A stretch of 63,026 nt of DNA, filler included, from Licmophora abbreviata (lineage: Eukaryota), in assembly GCA_900291995.1 (NCBI GenBank). It is 17 parts of 17 records of this genome, joined end to end, with 100 filler letters (N's around TTAATTAATTAA, not from the genome) between each part and the next. Parts side by side here need not be neighbours in the genome. Positions count along the whole stretch, not along the records: positions 30,865 to 36,076 come from OLMU01003108.1; positions 36,177 to 39,404 come from OLMU01003109.1; positions 39,505 to 41,515 come from OLMU01003110.1; positions 41,616 to 44,017 come from OLMU01003111.1; positions 44,118 to 48,555 come from OLMU01003112.1; 12 more parts are not named here. One strand, given 5' to 3'. Below, one piece after another: positions 36,008 through 48,069 of the stretch. Below the pieces are notes generated by a model that ran no database searches, had not been told where the DNA came from, and saw nothing but the letters and a program-made list of their open reading frames with translations. Position numbers and translations under genes: made by a program. Position 1 is the first letter of the stretch. Each line of letters opens with the position of its first letter.

Positions 36008-36347
36008 ATGAGCGTCGAAATGGAAACCTGCCCCGCCAGTGCGCCCTTCTTTGGGTTCATGGGAGTCACCAGCGCTNNNNNNNNNNNNNNNNNNNNNNNN
36101 NNNNNNNNNNNNNNNNNNNNTTAATTAATTAANNNNNNNNNNNNNNNNNNNNNNNNNNNNNNNNNNNNNNNNNNNNGCTCTCGGTCTTTATGGTACGTGA
36201 CTACTGGGGCTCTCGTGCCGCCATAGGAGGATGTCTCAGACAAACTTTGCTAATTTTCTGGTTCCGTCTCCTCGAATCGCTTCTGCAGGCCTGATTGTCG
36301 CGCTTATTCTGTCTCAGAACTCGTTCACTTGTGAAGGAAATAACTAA
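36008..36347 (+). CDS. VMA3: V-type H+-ATPase proteolipid subunit c (copy 2, centre lost in gap)
   Basis: The first 68 nt and the whole last exon (36289-36347) are identical to copy 1. It has its own intron at 36193-36288, at the same position. Confidence 0.88.
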
Positions 36348-37130
36348 AGGTGGTGCGGATCGATGAGTCTCGGCTGTTGCAACAGGCGACTGTCGGTTTC
36401 GTTGTAACAACGGTGGCGCTTCTACCTAAGCGCGCGTAATCCGAGTCAAAGCAATTTCAGAAATAGCAAAGTGAACAGTTTCTGTTACTCTGATCGTATT
36501 GTAACTTTCACTGTAGGACGTATAAATCAATCTTCTTGATCGAAGTGAGTTAGGCCGTACGATAGTCGTCACGCGTTCTCTAGAGACTTGACTACGAATG
36601 GCCCTGAGGGTATGTCCACTGACTCTTACCAGTGGTCTCAGAGAGCAGTATATGACATCGTCGAAAGTGTAAGTGTTCGCGTCATAACAGCTCATCATCT
36701 CTGGGTGCGAGTTGGCGCTTCGGTGCGTTGTGTTGCAGACACAAAAGTTCGAGCTTGTTCAAGTCTGGCCGACATCCGCCTGCCACAAGTTCGAAAGTGT
36801 GAGGCGGCGCAGTATCGCAGACACAGCCACCACCAGAAAAGGGTGACGATAGCACTCCAAAGTCTTTCACTCTGTCTCTTGTTGTCTGTGTTGAATCAGG
36901 CCGTGAGGGACAGCCCAAGCAGCTGCCTGGACAAGGAGTGGACGCCCTGCTCTCTGTAAGTACAGGTTTCCTTTCCATTTTACACTTCACAGTGGTACGA
37001 GGTACCCACACGACATCATTTCGCTTAGCCGGAGTTCTCCTTTGTCCTAGTCCAACACGCGTTTCGCTAGTCTTCCGATTTCCAGTTTTCAATTCCTGAG
37101 TCCGGGACATCTTGGGAAGCAAGAAAGACC

Positions 37131-40100
37131 ATGGCATCGTCGATGTGGAATACAGTCCAGGGGGCCGTCCCCGATGTGGGGGGAAGCTCCAGCGATCCCA
37201 CTTCTATGTTGAATAATCAGTTGGCATCGGCGTTGAGTACGATGGGAGACGCCCAGTACTGGGAAGAGTCCATTGCGCCCGCGACGATTCGCACTTCGCT
37301 TGCGGCCTCAGACCCGTCGAACCCCAACAGCACCCCCACGTTGCTTCGAGGGATGAAGTGGCTACTGGCCTGTATGAGTAAAGGCCGGGACGTATCGGAT
37401 TTCTATCCACACGTGGTCAAGTTGGTGGGCGCTCCCAGTTTGGAAGTTCGCAAGATGGTGTACATGTACTTGGTGCACTACGCAGACCATGATGCCACGA
37501 CCCGCGAATTGAGCCTCTTGTCAATCAATTCCTTTCAACGTGGACTTGCCGATAATGAACAGCTCATTCGAGCGCTGGCCTTACGTGTCTTGAGTAGTAT
37601 TCGAGTGTCGGACGTCCTGCAGATTCAGATTTTGGGAGTGCAAAAGTGCGCCAAGGATAAGAGTCCGTACGTGCGCAAGTGTGCGGCCAACGCACTGGCC
37701 AAACTGAGTCCACGATGTGATGCCTCGCAGCGAGACATGCTACTAGATATAATGAAAACACTGTTGGACGAAGACACGAGTACCATGGTGTTGTCGAGCA
37801 GTATTGTCGCGTTTGCGGAGCTTTGTCCCGAGCGATTGGAACTTTTGCATGGAACCTTTCGAAAGATTTGTCACTTGTTAACTGACATGGATGAATGGGG
37901 ACAGGTCGTTATCATTGATACATTTGCTCGGTATTGCCGGAAGTTTTTCCAGGCACCACAACGCATAGGATCTGCTGAAGCAATCGATCAGGAGCGACGC
38001 GTTCGCCGGACAGTGAAAGGCATTGCCAGTTCCCAGTCTGATTCCGTCGCGGCTGCCCTGGAAGTACTGGCCACTGCAGAGACATCGTCCAAAGATGAGC
38101 CAGAGGAACTACCCAAACGACCAGTTGGACCCCGGAAGGTAAAGCGACGGGTTGTCAAAAAAGGTTTCTACTCTGATGAAGAGGACGAGAGCACCGAGGA
38201 AGAAGTATATGTGGACCAAACCAATGGGGCCTCCGTATCGGTAGCAGCTGCAATGCGGCAGCGCCATATGTTTGGAGAAGTGGGGACGGGGCAGAGTCAG
38301 GATGATGCGAATGAAGACGAGGAACTCGACGAAGATCACCGTCTTCTATTGAGATCGTCCCTGCCGCTGCTCAAGAGTAGGAACTCTGGAGTTGTCTTGT
38401 CCGTATGTTCCCTGCATTACTATTGTGGCGTCGCTAGCATCAAAGTCCGCGCGGCAATCGGCAAGGCGCTCGTCCGTATCCATCGAGACCGGCGAGAGAT
38501 ACAGTATGTTGTTTTAGAATCTATCCGAAGACTCGTAAAGGAATGCCCATCGGCATTCACCCCGTTCTTGAACGATTTTTTTGTTTCGGTACGTCAACCA
38601 TGTCGAAAATCTGCATATCGTTTTATCGATAGCATCTTATCGCAGTGTACTGCTTATGCACTGCTTTGCTCAGGCAATGGACCCTTCGTATACTCGGATG
38701 GTCAAACTTGACATCTTGACGTCGCTGTCATTGGAGCCGACTTCGATCGAAGCGGTTTTGAAAGAGTTGCGAACGTACATCAGACACGACGACAAAACCT
38801 TTGTTTGTGCATCTATACGCGCCGTAGGCAAGGTTGTCGAGCTTGCACGAATTGTTCATGATCGATACGGTGGCACATCGGGGGATCCCACTAAGGAACG
38901 ACAAGCAGCGAACCGAGTGGCTTTGAACTGCTTGTACGGTCTCATGGCTCTCACAAGGAGTTGCGACCACGAGGATGTCGTCAGTGAGTGTGCGAATGTA
39001 ATGCAGCAAATCCTATTACAGCTCATGTCGGAAAGATGTTCACCTACGACAGCGAAGGAGGTGGAAGACCCTAACGGTGTCATGGACATGGCTCTAAAAC
39101 GATTGGTCCTCCTCGTTGCAGGATCGCTCTCCGTGAAAGCGAACGATGCAGTAGAGGTAGACGAGAAAGAGGACGAGAAAGGGTCAACGGATCTAGAGTC
39201 TATTGCGGTGAGCCTAAATGCAACGGGAGTTGCTGCATCGTTGTGGATCGTCGGAGAGTGGATCTCGTCAGTTTCGAAGTCCCCTATCCTTCTGAATACG
39301 ATGAGCGCGACGACCAAGGCAAAAACCAGACTGGAGCTAATCCGACTCATTGCGAAGACATTTCCGGAATTGAAAACAGCCGAGAAGATCCAAGGAGTTC
39401 ATTTNNNNNNNNNNNNNNNNNNNNNNNNNNNNNNNNNNNNNNNNNNNNTTAATTAATTAANNNNNNNNNNNNNNNNNNNNNNNNNNNNNNNNNNNNNNNN
39501 NNNNAGACATTTCCGGAATTGAAAACAGCCGAGAAGATCCAAGGAGTTCATTTCGGTACCAAGCTACTTGTCAGCGCGTCTGCAGCAGAGAAGGTTGAGT
39601 CAACCGAGAGGTCAGTCAGCGAGCACGTGCTATCCCTCGGGCGAATGGACGTGGATACAGATGTTCGCGATCGGGCTAGATTTGAAAGTGCTCTTGTACA
39701 GTCGACCGGAGGCCTCAAGCACGACTTTGAGAATCTGTCCTCCCTCCCACCAATCGGTCGATCCCTAACGACAGAGGATGCCAAGCAAGTATTGTTACAG
39801 CAAAGGCCGCCGTCGTCCTGGTTGCCGCTGGAAGAAGAAACCAACCCTGGTTCTGAGGGTGGCGGTCCATTTCGATTTGGCACGCTTAGTAGTCTTGTTT
39901 GTCATAAAGCAAGGACTGCATATCTACCACTTCCAACCTGGGCAGAAAACAATAGCCCAAGCTCGTTTCGTGATCCCCCGGCACAACAGACACCGCGGCA
40001 CGACGGAGACGACGGCTGGAAGGTTGGACACAAGAAGTCGAATGGCTTCTACGATTCAGAGGACGAAAAATTGGGCACGATTAGTAGCTCTGAGAGCGCT

Positions 40101-41683
40101 TCGGACTCATCGACTTTTTCATCGAGCGACTCGTCGTCTTCCTCCGAGGATAGCTCTGACAGCGAAAGTGATTTCAACGGAGAAGACGATGGTCCAGCAA
40201 CAGCACAGTCTCTGCACATGATGCCCGGAACAGTTATGAACGGGAGAATGGAAGCCTCGACGGCACTTACGCCGCATGCACTACTCGACCAATCCTCCTC
40301 CAGCAGTTCGTCTTCTGAGTCGGAGGAAAGTAGCGAGGAAAGCGACTCATCTGACGACCCTCACAAGACAGATGAAAACCTCTTGTCAACTTCATCAGCT
40401 GCTCGACCACGACTTGCACATCCCCGGAAAGTCGCTGCTTCTACGAGCAATGGAACTCCTCTTATCGACGATCTTCAGGGCCTGGTTATGGCCCCCGTGG
40501 TGGTAGATTCGCAGGACAAGGTTGACCCTAATATCGAGGAAGACAGCAGCTCGTGGACGACGCTTGTCCGCCCCGAGCTGGGAGGTGGACTGAAAGCGTC
40601 GGCTCGATACCTCCGTGGTGCGACCCGTGATCGAGAGGCCAAGTTGATCGGATTGGATCCGAGCCAGCCCACGACTGTTTGTCTGCAGGTGAGGTTCGAA
40701 AACAGGTAAGCTTCTCGGTTTCCCTTTCTGAGTCGATGGCATCTTAGGCCCTTGTCCTTACGCCCCGCCTTTGTCCATTGCTCGCTATCGTAGAAGGACC
40801 GACGCCGGGACAATTCGTCGCGTTCGCATTATTCAACGAAGTAGTACACGGGGTCCATTGGACCGAGGCGCGTGGTAATCCCTCACGAGATTCTAGCCCT
40901 AAAGACTGGCCAATTGACGACCGCGACTCTCGGGGTCGTGTTCCGGAGTGCCTCTGACCGCGATGGAGCTTTGCAAGCTCGTTTCGACATGAAATCTGAT
41001 CGTGGAAGCAATGCCGTCGATCTCAAGCCTCCACTCGGAGAGCTCATACGTCCTTGTCGGATGTCTCGTGCTGACTTCGACTCGTCCATGGAACGGCTGC
41101 AGGGTTTTCAGCGAGTGTCGGCTTCACTTTCGCTAACGCCCGAGGAAGGGGAGTCTCTCAACGATGCTTATAAAGTGCTCACTCAGAGCCTTCGAAAGCA
41201 ATCAGCGCTGGTAAGTACAGCACCTGCTAGGAACGTGTGTCTCTTCTATCTATCGAACGACACAAACTGACACCTATCCGTGCGCCTTGTGCAGGTTCAG
41301 TTGTCACATATTGGGGAGCGGAACGATGACCGGCTCCTACTTGCAGCAGAGCTCCCATCAAGCAAGGACCCGGTTTATGTGCTGGTCGAGTACAGTGCGA
41401 AGACTGGTTCAGTCAATATGGAAGTGTGTTGCGACAATACTTTGGCCGCTAACAGCTTGGCCGACTTGCTGAAGCGCGCGGCTGCGAACGAAGTAGAACG
41501 ATGGACGATCTGTGANNNNNNNNNNNNNNNNNNNNNNNNNNNNNNNNNNNNNNNNNNNNTTAATTAATTAANNNNNNNNNNNNNNNNNNNNNNNNNNNNN
41601 NNNNNNNNNNNNNNNCTAACAGCTTGGCCGACTTGCTGAAGCGCGCGGCTGCGAAACGAAGTAGAACGATGGACGATCTGTGA
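37131..41683 (+). CDS. AP3B: AP-3 adaptor complex beta subunit
   Basis: SKGRDVSDFYPHVVK, EVRKMVYMYL, LLSINSFQR, IRALALRVLSSIRV, DMDEWGQ, DVRDRARF, FRFGTLSSLV, a Ser/acidic hinge and an ear domain. Introns 38589-38673, 40706-40793 and 41211-41294. 1-bp frameshift near 40848; spans two overlapping gaps. Confidence 0.92.
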
Positions 41684-42016
41684 TGCGCTGGACCCCATGT
41701 GCCAGAACGACGAACTTGTGGACGTGTCCGTTTCTACGAATGGTTCAATCCTCTCACTCGCAGAATTGACTGCACGTGAAAGTGGCATGAAAGCCGATAT
41801 CATCACTATAATAACGGATAAAGCTAGAAAGACTCTAGCTAGCGTCAGCACGGGCAGTGGCGAGAAAAATTACCGAATCACGTCTACATATGACAGGCAA
41901 GAATTTTGCTTCGTTACCAACTTCTACTCACGGACACACGACAAACAAATAGCACTCAATAGATGACCCGCAGAATCAGCCCCAAACTATAAGCAGAGAC
42001 ATGTCGTCGTAAACAC

Positions 42017-43971
42017 CTACTCCCGCGAGTCGCCACCAGACGAGTCATAATCGTACGGAATGTGTAGACATGCGACCATAGGATCAAAGAATTCTTCTCC
42101 GAAGAACTCGGAATTCACATGAATATATTCGGCGGTGGCGTCATTACAGAAGAACTCAGAAACAAGAATATGGTCCCAAGCTTGAGAGTTGCCATCAACG
42201 GGGTTGACGAGAGAGTAACGCTCATCATAAGGGATGTCGTTCACCAAATTCTTCAATGGAGTTCCTTCCAGGTTCCTGACGGGCGAAACAAACTCGTTTT
42301 CTTGCATGTTACCAAGCACGATTACCTTGGCAGGATCCGTGACGAAAGGCTCATCTGCCTCGATTAATGACCGAACAGCGTTGCTCTCTGCAAGACGGGC
42401 ATCGACACCTCCGTTGACAAGGGGTATTTCTTGGAGCTGATCGATGGGCTGGTTGACTCCCATCGTTATCTCAGGAAGGACCTTGTAGGTGAAGCGGACA
42501 TTGATCAAGTCGAACTTTTCTTGCGAGGGGAGAAACTTGAGTTTTGCTCCCAAATGAAGCGGCACACCAAGTCTGCCATCCTTTTCACTAGTGGTCGATG
42601 GATCATACCAGGAAATACGCCATGGATTAAAGAGGATAGGGGTTCCATCAGCAGAATCAATGACATTGTATCTTTTTGAATTATCCTTGTCGACAGCTTC
42701 GATCGCCCCCACCAGCAACGAAAGGTTCACAGCGCCTGCGTCCTGCAGCGCGAGAACGTCTGGGAAACCAGCGCCTTCCACGATGTCTTTAGCAAGGCTT
42801 GCGTAGTCGTTGGTGGAGCCGAGGTTGAACGTCCCAACGGACATGGTGAATGGATTGGTCTCGCAGGTAGAAGAAGTAGGTTCCAATGGACTGTCCTCTA
42901 CGACACCAAAGTGCTACGACAAACAACGAAGAAACATATGAATGGGCAGGCGGTTGATTTCGACTGCATTTGTTTTTTCAGTTCTCGTTCTCTTACCTCG
43001 ATAGGGATGATGCCATAGCTACCAAAGCCAAATTGATCAACGATTCCGATCACCTCATCCAGCTTGGCTCCTACAGAGACGTCAGGTAGCTCCGTTTCAA
43101 GGTATGAACTGGTGGGGACAATCTGTATGCGCTCAGGATTGAAGTCATCAGGACTTAAATTGAGCGTGCCGCGCTCACTGAGCCCGGTAGCATACTTCCC
43201 GTCGTCTGCCACGGCGTATAGAAAGTTTGCATTTCGCCTCGAGATGACACGGGCATTATTGACCTTGACAAGCATACCTTTGAGACTTTCCCAGAACTTG
43301 ACGCCCTCTCTCATGTTTTCGGAAGGAGGGAAACGTCCGCCTTCGCCAATAATGACGGGCTCGGGTAGCGCGTTTCCGCGGGATACAATGACTGTATCAC
43401 GTCCATTCACAAGAAGCGCTGTAAGTGGCTGCCTAGGTGTGGTTGCTGGTTCGATGACGCTAGCAGTCTCGAGGATGACCAGGTCGCCTTTTTGAAGGGG
43501 AACCTCAACCCCTTCAAAGACCCCTGTTGGCATAATCCCGACTGAGGGGTTGCTACCAACAACTGTACCATCCGAAGTCATCGGATCTCCGTCTCCTTCA
43601 ACATCTTGGAACCAAAAGATACTGCTAGAAGCGGGAATAGCTGTAACAACTCCTTTGACACGGTAAGCGACATTGTTAACGAACGGCGACGACAAGGCAT
43701 TCCTGAGATACAAAATGTGACGATACAGGTGAGAGAAAATGACAGATGGTTAGATTCTCTTGCTTCAACGGTTTACTTACCTGCCCTGGATCTCCATGAT
43801 GGTGTTGACGAGCTCAAAGTGGGTCTCCTCGATGACATCCGCTTTTTCGCCAACGCATGCAGATCCTGTGCTGACCAGGTCACGCTCACTCGAGGCTCGC
43901 AGACCGTCAGCATGGGCGTGCTGGACAGTCAAGGCCGCAACAGCAGCAAGGAGAGGAAGAAAGAGCTTCAT
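42017..43971 (-). CDS. Secreted ExeM/NucH-like OB-fold + EEP-domain protein, catalytic motifs degenerate (paralog 2)
   Basis: Signal peptide MKLFLPLLAAVAALTVQHAHA. Introns 43780-43703 and 42996-42914 splice in frame. IMEIQG, FWFQDVEGDGDPMTSDG, FWESLKGMLV, DFNPERI, PDVLALQD and QAWDHILVS. Confidence 0.82.
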
Positions 43972-44228
43972 TATACGCCTCTTGTGGTGGACTCTTTCAA
44001 GGCGCGCAAGTTGTGAGNNNNNNNNNNNNNNNNNNNNNNNNNNNNNNNNNNNNNNNNNNNNTTAATTAATTAANNNNNNNNNNNNNNNNNNNNNNNNNNN
44101 NNNNNNNNNNNNNNNNNTACATTTAGCCTAACTTGAATTCTGACCCTCAACGCATGAGTCTTGTAAAATGGCTCATACGTGATAAATCAGATCTGGATGA
44201 TCTGGAATACAACGACGAGCCCGTTCCG

Positions 44229-44297
44229 ATTTCAATTTTCTTGTCTAGGCGTTGGACTACTGTAATTTCAATTTTTCTCGTCTAGGCGTTGGACTAC
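44229..44297 (+). repeat. Two-copy direct repeat (~33 bp units, 4-bp spacer)
   Basis: atttcaattttcttgtctaggcgttggactac, then tgta, then atttcaatttttctcgtctaggcgttggactac. Confidence 0.85.
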
Positions 44298-44491
44298 AAA
44301 TTCAACAATCTATTCTCTATTCTCAGCTGTGACTCTTATCTACGAGTATAGATTTTAATATTTCACGCAATCACAGAACACAATTGTTGCAACAATAACA
44401 TCTTCAAATCTCCGCTCCGACCATGGCATTACGCCGTACAACAGCGACGAGAGAGAGAGAGAGAGAGAGAGAGCGACAGAGCCGACGAACA

Positions 44492-45100
44492 ATGCCGCTT
44501 CCGTCGACTGGACTAGACGTAGGCTTAGTGGGACCCTCGGAATGTTGTCAACAGCTGGCATCAGCCATGCTACGAATTTCGTTTGATCGGCGTCAGGATC
44601 CATCCATCCGCGACGCCGACGGTGTGAAGAATCGCAGCGCACCACAGGACGCTGCGATTGCAGCTCTTGGTCGAATGCTTCCGGATGCAAGAGACAAACG
44701 ACGACGACGAGTGTATACGGCAGAATCTGTGCAGGACCTCCCAGAAAACACACGGCTGGATCACATTGTTTTGGCCCTTTCGCTCGACAATCATCATGAC
44801 GAGGCAAAAACTAGTAGACTGCTACGACAAACGTTCGACCAGCTTCAAAGTAGTACTTCTTTTCTACCACAGAAATGTTCGATTGTGCTCATGTTGGAGT
44901 CGCGTAGGATTGGCACACAGCATGTCGAATCTTGTTTGGGTGGTCGCAAGCGCAAGTTTGTCCCGCCAGGAGTGACGGTCTTTGTCTACTGCAAGCACGA
45001 TGGCGCTCGCTCGGTGGCTCGCAGACTATTGCAGCGCGCCAAATTGGGCACACGACACGGTAGCTCCAGTCTGATAACAACCAGTCCGCTAATAATATAA
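44492..45100 (+). CDS. CENPM: Putative centromere protein M (CENP-M)-like pseudo-GTPase
   Basis: By-eye alignment to human CENP-M: VGLVGPSECCQQLASAML ~ ILLVGTEDALLQQLADSML; RVYTAESV..TRLDHIVLALSL ~ KVHLAKSL..PRIDLIVFVVNL; SFLPQKCSIV ~ SFFLGKVCFL; ARSVARRLLQ ~ RATMAQRLVR. A (GA)n tract lies just upstream. Confidence 0.6.
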   Translation: MPLPSTGLDVGLVGPSECCQQLASAMLRISFDRRQDPSIRDADGVKNRSAPQDAAIAALGRMLPDARDKRRRRVYTAESVQDLPENTRLDHIVLALSLDNHHDEAKTSRLLRQTFDQLQSSTSFLPQKCSIVLMLESRRIGTQHVESCLGGRKRKFVPPGVTVFVYCKHDGARSVARRLLQRAKLGTRHGSSSLITTSPLII

Positions 45101-45189
45101 TGGTGCAAGATTTTGGTACGCATCGGGTGCTATGGTGGCACGAAGCCTTATTAGTGTTTGAATATCTGTTTCTGACTCGGGTATCGTGA

Positions 45190-46416
45190 CTATTGTCCTT
45201 CCGATCGTGTTTCATCCGACAACATTTCGTCAATGCATGGGTAACCACAGCCTTCGTCATCCATGTAGCAATTCTGACTCGACAATTCGATCTGAGCAGT
45301 TCCATTGTCGGAACACGGAAAAATGGCTCTCGGTGCACAAACCTCATCCATTACGGACTTTAATCTCTTGTATTCATCGAGAGCTGCAGTAAACTTGCTT
45401 CTGCCTAGCTGATTGATCGTCAAATCCAAGCTCTTGTGGGCGGCAGCATGCAATACAAAATCTCCGTAATTCTTGGCTTGCCATTCATCCGATTCAAGAA
45501 AGGCCTTGACGGCCGGTGACGTAAACTTCTTCTGATGAGGAATACAGCGTCCGTCAGAAAGAATGTACTGCCCGGCAGCCTTGGATGAAGTCGACAAGAT
45601 ACTTCCTGTATCTAACCCCAAAATTAGCTGCATGGCTACCAAACTCTCGTCCATTCGCTCCGTTACAATCATAAAGTCGTAGTCCTGCATGATTTTCTTC
45701 ACGTTCTCATGAACGACATGCGGGTCAACGACAACTGTAGCATTTGATTCTTTCCACGCCGAGTTGGCAGGAATATCGTGCAAGGACAGATATACAGTCT
45801 GAAAGCCCCCTTGTCCACTGGATATGGTTCCCAGTTGTCGATTCTTGGAATTCAAGGCGTGACCGACGATGAAGTCGTCGGTTGGTTCACGGAATCTCCT
45901 GGATATGAAATCAAACCACACTCTTGATACAGCGCGGCTGGTGGGATCCCGTACCGATCCGATGAGAAAAGACTTTTCTTTCAGTCTGTGGCCATAGAAC
46001 GGACCAGGACCCACAATGTGACCGGTATACGAAGCGCAGGGTTGATCGGGGAGCCCGTGCCGGATAGCTATTCGCTTCACGATCCCTTCAATGGTGCTGG
46101 AGGCAGCCTTTGGGTTCTTAACATAGATAATTCCGGTCACGCTATCAGCGTCTTTGAGATCTCTCATACTCAGTCGCTCCGAAACACACCACGATTCTTC
46201 GTGCTTCCAGGCTGGAAAGACTCTCGCAATTGACTCGCCAACCCTCCGGTAATGTTCCTTGGTCAATATAGTGCTGTTTTCTTCGATAGATGCCCAGACC
46301 ACTGCCACGGGATCCAAAAGCGGTAAAAAGTTACTCAACGACTCCTGGTTTACGAAAACATGCAGTAAACAGATAACCAAAAGGCATGGGAGGAACAGTC
46401 GGGCATGGTTCATCAT
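45190..46416 (-). CDS. Type II membrane sulfotransferase-like protein (Gal-3-O-sulfotransferase/Sulfotransfer_2-like)
   Basis: N-terminal TM anchor; 5'-PSB-like YVKNPKAASST; 3'-PB-like SVRDPTSRAVS; YDFMIVTERMDESLV. Confidence 0.75.
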   Translation of the reverse strand: MMNHARLFLPCLLVICLLHVFVNQESLSNFLPLLDPVAVVWASIEENSTILTKEHYRRVGESIARVFPAWKHEESWCVSERLSMRDLKDADSVTGIIYVKNPKAASSTIEGIVKRIAIRHGLPDQPCASYTGHIVGPGPFYGHRLKEKSFLIGSVRDPTSRAVSRVWFDFISRRFREPTDDFIVGHALNSKNRQLGTISSGQGGFQTVYLSLHDIPANSAWKESNATVVVDPHVVHENVKKIMQDYDFMIVTERMDESLVAMQLILGLDTGSILSTSSKAAGQYILSDGRCIPHQKKFTSPAVKAFLESDEWQAKNYGDFVLHAAAHKSLDLTINQLGRSKFTAALDEYKRLKSVMDEVCAPRAIFPCSDNGTAQIELSSQNCYMDDEGCGYPCIDEMLSDETRSEGQ

Positions 46417-46973
46417 TGAGTATGATGATGACTGATGTGATGAGTCTCAACCGCGATCGGTGGATGGACAAGGAGGTTGCCCGCGTGGCTCTCTATCTGC
46501 AGGACTGTCTGCGCTATGTGGACGATGAGGAATTTGACGCTAGTCTGTCTTGGAAGCTTCGGTCGGTCATTGTGGAAAAAGCCACTCTCGCGCTTTTGTT
46601 TTTTTTGTTTTTTGTCATGTCGTGAGATATCGGAGTGAGACCTTTCGTCAGTAAGTCGTCCTCCCTGAACGGCCGGCGCGTACATAACACCAAACATGCC
46701 GAACCACGTCTCTACGACGATGCGACCGGCCGTCAGCCTACGTATGGTACCGGTGGTGTGCCAGTGTAAAAAAGTATAGATTGGAAGCCGCGACAATGAA
46801 TCATATCGCTGCCATCGACAAGAGTCGTCGCCGTAGCTTATAATCAAGGATTTATTCTTAGTAGAAGTATACTTTAGTTCGTTGCAAAATAGGCATCATA
46901 CGAGCTACATCGACGAGCCTACGACAATATCGCCGACTCGCAATATCAACTCCCACCGCTATAGAACGAGACT

Positions 46974-47688
46974 TTACTGACCCCCAAATAGCCCCGTTAC
47001 CCAGCTGGAACGAAGTGGTCCGTCCTGCACTCGGATGTCAACGTGTTCCTCTTTCTCGCCTTCGCTGTCGCGTACTGCTACTTCTTCTGCCGGTGGTATG
47101 ATTGCATACTCCGTCACGGGATCCCATCCTTCTTGGACTTTTGCAAACGGCGGACGCTTTTTGCGGAAATACAACTTGGGGCGTTGACAGTTGGCAGGAC
47201 AGAGTGTTGTGGTGGACGATCCGCAATATTCACAGGATCGAGGACCTAAATAGGGAAGTTCGGGTTCGGTCTCAGCAGTGCGCTCTTCGAAAAACAGAAA
47301 GAATGAGAGGGGTTGTCGGCAGTGCTACAGCAAAAGTGATTTTGGAGGAGTGAGTACAAGACATAGGCATTCAATATTACAGCATTAATCCAACAGAAAG
47401 CCTTCAACCTACCATGAGTAGATCCATTTGATCCTCGATTTGCTGGCCACCACAGTTTCCAAGACAAGACGTGTCGACGACGCTGCGAAAGACTTTTTCC
47501 ATTGCTTCTCGTTGCCGTTCTTGCATTTCGTGAAGGTATTGATTGAGAGGTGATCGGGCGTCTTCATTCGCGGAGGTCGGTGGCGATTGAAGTGGCGTTC
47601 CACTACTGCTGCCCGCTGCGTCGACGCCGTGTATGTGGTCGCTGCCTGATGCTGCAGGAGTCGCCGTAGCGTGCTGTCGTTTACTCAT
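46974..47688 (-). CDS. Hypothetical ~209-aa protein with CxxC-x7-CxxxC motif
   Basis: Intron 47412-47325 (GT..AG) joins ORF 47688 to a long open frame HCRQPLSFFLFFEE..CEYCG..LCPANCQRPKLYFRKKRPPF. Confidence 0.6.
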
Positions 47689-48069
47689 TTCTATCTATAC
47701 AGGACTGCCTCCATCCAGAGCACTCTAGTAGATTGAAGATACCATTAGCTTCCTTCTCTCCAAATCGTCTTGGCCATGATGACGAGTGGAAGACGCTGGC
47801 AGCGGCGGCGCAGTGTGCACCATTGTGTCTGATATTTCATTCATGCGTTGTGCGTTCCAATAGCTTCGCTCCAAGCTAAATGAACACATATAGGAATGGA
47901 TACTCATAAGTGCGTTGAAGGACATTTCGGTGTTCGGTCGACCGGTGCGCCCTGTCGCCAAAGAATGTCAGAGTGGGTCATCAATCTGGACGACGACGAC
48001 GACGATGGTGCTTGATGCAGCGCCTCCAGCGAGAAGCTACAACCCATCGCCGCATGTCCGAGAAGCAAC

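Noticed and set aside
44229..44297. 33-bp direct repeat as a mini-CRISPR
   Set aside because: Only two units with a 4-bp spacer, no cas genes and a eukaryotic context.
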